A stretch of 64,000 bases of DNA from Tagaea sp. (lineage in GTDB: Bacteria; Pseudomonadota; Alphaproteobacteria; CACIAM-22H2), in NCBI GenBank assembly GCA_965228135.1, contig OZ245798.1, positions 2,891,037-2,955,036 of the forward strand, written 5' to 3'. How positions within the stretch are numbered: the stretch's first letter is position 1; the number at the start of each line of letters is the position of its first letter. Positions 59,025-64,000 of the stretch are shown one piece after another. The position numbers and the translations under genes are program-made. The notes under the pieces are model-generated. The model did not search any database. It saw nothing but the letters and a program-made list of their open reading frames with translations, and was not told the DNA's origin.

Positions 59025-60493
59025 TCCTTGACCCGCTGATAGAGCCGGAAATCGCCGCGCGAGGCGACCAGATGCCAGCCGACCTTTTCGGGCTCGGCCC
59101 CGAGATAGGTTTCGACATACCAAGTCGAATCCGCGAACCATTCGATGCCGAGCTTGTCGAGATAGTCCCACATATGTTGGCGCCAGGCGAGCGCCTCCGG
59201 GTTTACCTTGCCGTCGATATTGACGACCTGATCGCGCAGGAAGCCGAGCGTGCCCGATTGGCCGCCCGCGACCAATTCGCCCGGCGCCACGAATTCCTCG
59301 ACCAGTTCGACTTGGGTGTGATGCGCCGAGGCGCCGAACGGCGTCCAGTTTTTCCAGGCGAGCAGCAATAGCACCGCCATGATCGCCGCCACGCCGCCGC
59401 CCAGCACGGGCACGGCTTTGGGCGCCGTGCGCGTCAAGATCACCGGGACGAACACGAAGGCAAGCAGCGACAAGGGGGCGAAATAGCGAATGTAGAACCA
59501 ATCCGCGAAGAAGGTGAGCCAGTAATAGAAGACCAGCGCCGCATAGGCCGCGAGCAGCACGGCCGGGAATCCGAGATCGCCTGCGGGCCGCCATTTCCGG
59601 CGCCAGACCAGAAACACGATCGCCGCCAACGCGACCGCGCGCGCGATCTCGGCCCAGCGATCCTCGTACGCCCCGGCGAAGATCCACGGCATCGCCACGC
59701 TGGCGAGCGCCCACAAGGCGCTGAGCGTGCGGTCGAGCGAGACCAGCGTTTCCTGCTGCGCGAAACCCGATGTCGGCATCGGATGGCCGAAGACCAGCGC
59801 GTTGTAGAGCCACCAGGGCGACGACACGATCACCGCCGTGCCGCCGACCACGAAGCAGCGGCGGATCGCGTCGGGCAAGCGCACGCGCCAGCCACGGCGA
59901 AGCTCGTCCGCGCAGAGAACGGCAACGAACACCGCCGCGTCGATCCGCGTCAGCACGACCAGCCCGAGGGCGAGGCCCAGAATCGCTTCACGCCGCCAAA
60001 CCCCACGCCAGTCGCGCCGATGCAGCGCCCAGATCGCGGCATAAAGCGTGAGCTGCAACCCGGTTTCGAGCCCGGTATAGAAATCGTTGTAGCATTTGAT
60101 CGCGGCGAGATAGCCGAGTGCGGCGAGCGGGCCCGCGATGCGATCGTCCTTGCCCGCATAGCTTTGCGCGAGATGCGCGACCAGCAACGCGCCCGCGACA
60201 TGTACAAGGGCGGCGAGCACGAAAAACACACGCAAGCCGCCGATCGTATGGCCGCCGGCAAGCGCAAACCCCGCCGCCTCGATAAAGGTGAATAGCGGCT
60301 GGAAACCGTTGGTCCAGGTCAGTCCGTCGATCGTCACGCCGCGATCCATCGCCACGTTGCGCGCGACGGTCAGCGCGTACCAGCCATCCTCCGCGATCGG
60401 CGTGCCGATCAGGGCGGCTTCGGGTCGCAGCGCCAAGGCGAAATAGAGCGCTGCAAGAATTGCGGGAACGACGCGAATAACTGGCAAAAACAT
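59021..60493 (-). CDS. Polytopic GT-C-type membrane glycosyltransferase (ArnT/PMT-like)
   Basis: About 11 TM helices and a periplasmic C-terminal domain. Clustered with the UXS and sugar-transferase genes. 4-bp overlap with the downstream MBL gene. Confidence 0.6.
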   Translation of the reverse strand: MFLPVIRVVPAILAALYFALALRPEAALIGTPIAEDGWYALTVARNVAMDRGVTIDGLTWTNGFQPLFTFIEAAGFALAGGHTIGGLRVFFVLAALVHVAGALLVAHLAQSYAGKDDRIAGPLAALGYLAAIKCYNDFYTGLETGLQLTLYAAIWALHRRDWRGVWRREAILGLALGLVVLTRIDAAVFVAVLCADELRRGWRVRLPDAIRRCFVVGGTAVIVSSPWWLYNALVFGHPMPTSGFAQQETLVSLDRTLSALWALASVAMPWIFAGAYEDRWAEIARAVALAAIVFLVWRRKWRPAGDLGFPAVLLAAYAALVFYYWLTFFADWFYIRYFAPLSLLAFVFVPVILTRTAPKAVPVLGGGVAAIMAVLLLLAWKNWTPFGASAHHTQVELVEEFVAPGELVAGGQSGTLGFLRDQVVNIDGKVNPEALAWRQHMWDYLDKLGIEWFADSTWYVETYLGAEPEKVGWHLVASRGDFRLYQRVKE

Positions 60494-60547
60494 GGCTCCG
60501 GCAAAATGGCCGGAAGCACAACGCCCCGCAACCGCCGTTATTCGCCG

Positions 60548-61114
60548 TTACGCGGTTTCGCGCGGGGCGTGCTTGGCCAGGATCCGTTGGAGCGTGCGGC
60601 GATGCATGTTGAGGCGCCGCGCCGTCTCGGAAACATTCCGCTCGCACTGTTCGAACACGCGCTGGATATGTTCCCAGCGCACGCGATCGGCCGACATCGG
60701 ATGTTCGGGCGGCTGGGGCAGCGCCCGGTCGCCCGCGTTCAGCGCCGCGTCGATCACGTCGGCATCGGCGGGTTTGGGAATGTAGTCGACGGCGCCGGCT
60801 TTGATCGCCGCGACCGAGGTCGCGATATTGCCGTAGCCCGTGAGGATCACGACGCGCGAATCGGGGGCCGCTTGGCGGATGCGGGGGACCAAATCGAGGC
60901 CCGAGCCATCGCCCAGCTTCAGATCGACGACCGCGCATTCGGGCGAATAACCGCCCGCCAAGGCGGCTTCCGCCGCCGCGATCGATTCGGCCATCGTGAC
61001 CGCATAGCCGCGCCGTTCCATCGCGCGCGCCAGGCGCAGGCGGAAGGCTTCGTCGTCCTCGACGATCAGCAATTTGCGGGAATCGGCGTTCGTCGCCGGA
61101 GCTTGCATATCCAT
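60548..61114 (-). CDS. regA: Redox-responsive two-component response regulator RegA/PrrA/ActR
   Basis: Receiver domain plus a C-terminal Fis-type HTH (NVSETARRLNMHRRTLQRILAKHAPR) that looks near-identical to RegA/ActR. Confidence 0.85.
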   Translation of the reverse strand: MDMQAPATNADSRKLLIVEDDEAFRLRLARAMERRGYAVTMAESIAAAEAALAGGYSPECAVVDLKLGDGSGLDLVPRIRQAAPDSRVVILTGYGNIATSVAAIKAGAVDYIPKPADADVIDAALNAGDRALPQPPEHPMSADRVRWEHIQRVFEQCERNVSETARRLNMHRRTLQRILAKHAPRETA

Positions 61115-61123
61115 GGTGCTTCC

Positions 61124-62413
61124 TTAACCGAAACGCGCCTTGGGCCAGCGCACCGAAACGCGCGCCCCGCCCTCCTCGCGATTGCCCCAGGATACAGTAC
61201 CCCCCGTGCGCGATAGCAAGGTGCTTGCGATGAACACGCCCAGCCCCATGTGCTCGCCGTCGCCCACGCGGGTGGAGACGTAAGGCTCGCCCAGCCGCGC
61301 CAAAATCTCCGGCGGGAAGCCCGGCCCGTCGTCTTCGATCTCCACGCCGACGAATTCCTCATCCGACCAGGCGAAAATCTCGATCTTCTGTTGGGCAAAG
61401 GTCGCGGCATTTTCCACAAGCGTTCCCAGCGCTTGCACGATTTCCGGCGTGCGCGCGATCGGCGGTTCGCGGCCGTCTTCGAAATCCTGATCGAATTCGA
61501 CCGGCACGCCGCGCGCGTAGCGATCCGCGATCTCGCGCAACAGCACGGGTAGCGCAGGGCGCGGAAACGGGTTGCCTTCGGGCCCGCCGCCCTCGGGTTT
61601 GGCGGCCAGGCGCGCCAATATGTCGCGGCAGCGCATCGTCTCGCGCAGCAGCAAATCGGCATCGGCTTTCAGATCGCCGTCGGGCAGATCGCGCGCGATT
61701 TCCTTGGCCACCACCGCGATGGTGGCGAGCGGCGTGCCCAGTTCATGCGCCGCCGCCGCCGCCAATCCGCCGACGGCACTCATCCGCTGTTCGCGCGCGA
61801 GGGCGGCTTGCGCCGCCCCGAACGCATCGGACATCTGCCGCGCTTCGCCCGCAAGCCGTGCGACATAGGCCGCGACGAACACGATCGTCGTCGCCATCGC
61901 GAACCACACGCCGATGCGCAATTCCAGCGGCATCGACAAACCATCCGGTCCCCATGGCAAAGGCTGGTGCCAGATGGCGAGCAGCGTGGCGAGACCCATC
62001 GCCAACACGCCCAGCACGGTCGTCACCACGCGCGACAACGACGCCGCCGCAACCGCGACGGGGGCGACCATCAGCACCGCGAAGGGGTTCTGCAACCCGC
62101 CGGTGAAATAGAGCAACGTGGCGAGCTGCATCACGTCGTAGGCGAGTACGGCACCCGCCGCGCGATCGTCGAGCCGCCCGGCTTGCGGGCGGTCGAAGGT
62201 CAGCACGGCGTTGAGCAACGCGGAGATCGCGATGGCGCCCAAGGTCGGGAACAGCGCGAAATGGAAGCCGAGGCCGAAATAGGTGCCGAGCACGGCGGCG
62301 GTCTGGCCTGCGATGGCGATCCAGCGCACGACCACGAGGGTGCGCAGGCGCACGCGGCCCAAGGGCGGCGGCGGAGCGATGTTTTGTGGCGGTGTCTTCG
62401 GAACGGCGGTCAC
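61124..62413 (-). CDS. regB: Sensor histidine kinase RegB/PrrB/ActS
   Basis: Multi-TM N-terminus, H-box AAHELGTPLATI and ATPase G-boxes. Immediately upstream of regA. Confidence 0.8.
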   Translation of the reverse strand: MTAVPKTPPQNIAPPPPLGRVRLRTLVVVRWIAIAGQTAAVLGTYFGLGFHFALFPTLGAIAISALLNAVLTFDRPQAGRLDDRAAGAVLAYDVMQLATLLYFTGGLQNPFAVLMVAPVAVAAASLSRVVTTVLGVLAMGLATLLAIWHQPLPWGPDGLSMPLELRIGVWFAMATTIVFVAAYVARLAGEARQMSDAFGAAQAALAREQRMSAVGGLAAAAAHELGTPLATIAVVAKEIARDLPDGDLKADADLLLRETMRCRDILARLAAKPEGGGPEGNPFPRPALPVLLREIADRYARGVPVEFDQDFEDGREPPIARTPEIVQALGTLVENAATFAQQKIEIFAWSDEEFVGVEIEDDGPGFPPEILARLGEPYVSTRVGDGEHMGLGVFIASTLLSRTGGTVSWGNREEGGARVSVRWPKARFG

Positions 62414-62470
62414 GCGGATATTCCCCTTGCCCCTTTGCCTTTGGCGGCAAGCCGGGTCATATACATTGCC

Positions 62471-63223
62471 ATGAATGCCGATGCGATCAATGTCCGCGAC
62501 CTGACCAAGCGTTTCCGCGACGATGCCCCGCCCGCCGTCGACGGAATCACGTTCAACGTGCCGCGCGGGCAGATCGTGGGCCTGCTCGGCGGCAACGGCG
62601 CGGGCAAGACGACGACGATTTCGATGCTGCTGGGCATTCTGATCCCGACCTCCGGCACGATCGACGTGCTAGGGATCGACATGCGCCGCAATCGCTACGC
62701 CGCCTTGCCGCGCATCAATTTCTCCTCGCCTTACGTCGATCTGCCCTCGCGCCTGACCGTGCGCGAAAATCTCGACGTGTTCGGCGGGCTCTACGGCGTG
62801 GGCGATCTCAAAGCGCGGATCGAGGAGCTCGCCACGCTGCTCGACCTCACCGATTTCCTCGACCGCAAGACCGGCTCGCTGTCGAGCGGCCAGAAGACGC
62901 GCGCGGCCTTGGCCAAGGCGCTGATCAACAAGCCCGAGCTGCTGCTGCTCGACGAGCCGACGGCGAGCCTCGACCCCGACACCGCCGATCGCGTGCGCGG
63001 GCATTTGCAGGCCTATGCGCTGGCCGAGAAAGCCGCGATCCTGCTCGCCTCGCACAACATGGCCGAAGTCGAGCGCCTGTGCGCCGACGTGCTGATGATG
63101 AAAGGCGGGCGGATCGTCGATCGCGGCACGCCCAACGCGCTGATCGCGCGCTACGGACGCGAGGATATGGAACAAGTGTTTTTGGACGTGGCGCGCGGCA
63201 CGTCGAACGTGGCCGCGCAATGA
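62471..63223 (+). CDS. ABC transporter ATP-binding protein (ABC-2 type exporter)
   Basis: Walker A GGNGAGKTT, signature LSSGQKTRAAL and Walker B LLLLDEPTASLD. Confidence 0.85.
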   Translation: MNADAINVRDLTKRFRDDAPPAVDGITFNVPRGQIVGLLGGNGAGKTTTISMLLGILIPTSGTIDVLGIDMRRNRYAALPRINFSSPYVDLPSRLTVRENLDVFGGLYGVGDLKARIEELATLLDLTDFLDRKTGSLSSGQKTRAALAKALINKPELLLLDEPTASLDPDTADRVRGHLQAYALAEKAAILLASHNMAEVERLCADVLMMKGGRIVDRGTPNALIARYGREDMEQVFLDVARGTSNVAAQ

Positions 63224-64000
63224 GCGGTTCGTTGGGCCGCATCGGCGCCATGGCGCGCCGGCATCTTTATCTCTTCCGCTCGTCCTGGACGCGGATCTTC
63301 GATCTCGTCTACTGGCCGGTGCTGCAGATGACGATTTGGGGCTTCGTCACCGTGTTCTTGAACCAGCATTCCAGCTGGTTCGCGAACGCGGCGGGCGTGC
63401 TGATCGGCGCCGTGCTGCTGTGGGACGTGCTGGTGCGCTCCCAATTCGGGCTGACGCTGTCGCTGCTCGAAGAAATGTGGTCGCGCAACCTCGCCAATCT
63501 GTTCGTCTCGCCCTTGCGGCCGTGGGAATTCGCGACGTCGCTGATGCTGCTGTCGGTTACGCGCTCGATGATCGGCGTGCTGCCCGCGGCGCTGCTGGCG
63601 ATCCCGCTTTTCGCCTACTCGATCTTCGATCTCGGCCTGCCGCTGATCGCCTTCTGGTCGATGCTGGTGATGCTGGGCTGGTCGATCGGCCTGCTGATCG
63701 GCGCGCTGCTGTTCCGTTTCGGCCTCGCCGCCGAAAGCTACGCCTGGGCGTCGATCTTCATCATCCAGCCGATTTCGGGCGTCTGGTATCCGGTCTCGGT
63801 GCTGCCGGTGTGGTTAAAGCCGATCGCCTGGTGCTTGCCGTCGACCTATGTGTTCGAAGGCATGCGCGCGGTCGTGATCGACAAGGTGTTCCGCTGGGAT
63901 CTGCTGGGCCAGGCCTTCGCGCTGAACATCGTCATCATGGCGTTGGCCTTCGGCGCGTTCCTGTTCGCCTTCGGGCGCGCGCGCGAACGCGGGCAGCTTT
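63220..64000 (+). CDS. ABC-2 family transporter permease (3'-partial; runs off window end)
   Basis: ATG overlapping the ATPase stop. Six hydrophobic helices, open to the window edge. Confidence 0.7.
   Translation, partial: MSGSLGRIGAMARRHLYLFRSSWTRIFDLVYWPVLQMTIWGFVTVFLNQHSSWFANAAGVLIGAVLLWDVLVRSQFGLTLSLLEEMWSRNLANLFVSPLRPWEFATSLMLLSVTRSMIGVLPAALLAIPLFAYSIFDLGLPLIAFWSMLVMLGWSIGLLIGALLFRFGLAAESYAWASIFIIQPISGVWYPVSVLPVWLKPIAWCLPSTYVFEGMRAVVIDKVFRWDLLGQAFALNIVIMALAFGAFLFAFGRARERGQL

Overview
GC-rich (~65-70% GC) alphaproteobacterial-type chromosomal segment, densely packed with housekeeping genes. Recognisable genes include a Cys/Met PLP enzyme, gpmI-envC-ctpA-yibQ-like-rppH, an iron-type ABC transporter, panCB, yghU, osmC, mltF, pip, the regB/regA (actS/actR) redox two-component pair, a PAS/MCP/HD-GYP signalling cluster, an acyl-CoA ligase/ThDP-enzyme operon and an EPS/LPS sugar-modification cluster. 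Two tRNA genes mark insertion hot spots: tRNA-Leu(CAA) has a hipBA toxin-antitoxin module at its 3' end, and tRNA-Arg(CCT) abuts a ~2 kb low-GC (~45%) island carrying a single orphan 585-aa ORF of unknown function. The most unusual region is a tandemly duplicated and diversified four-gene array (49.6-54.4 kb). It encodes two large proteins with a peptidoglycan-binding domain plus a divergent lytic-transglycosylase-like C-terminal domain and no signal peptide, each followed by a translationally coupled small Cys-containing protein with an export signal. I read this as a candidate cell-wall hydrolase/inhibitor (effector-immunity-like) system. No CRISPR array, rRNA gene or integrase was seen.
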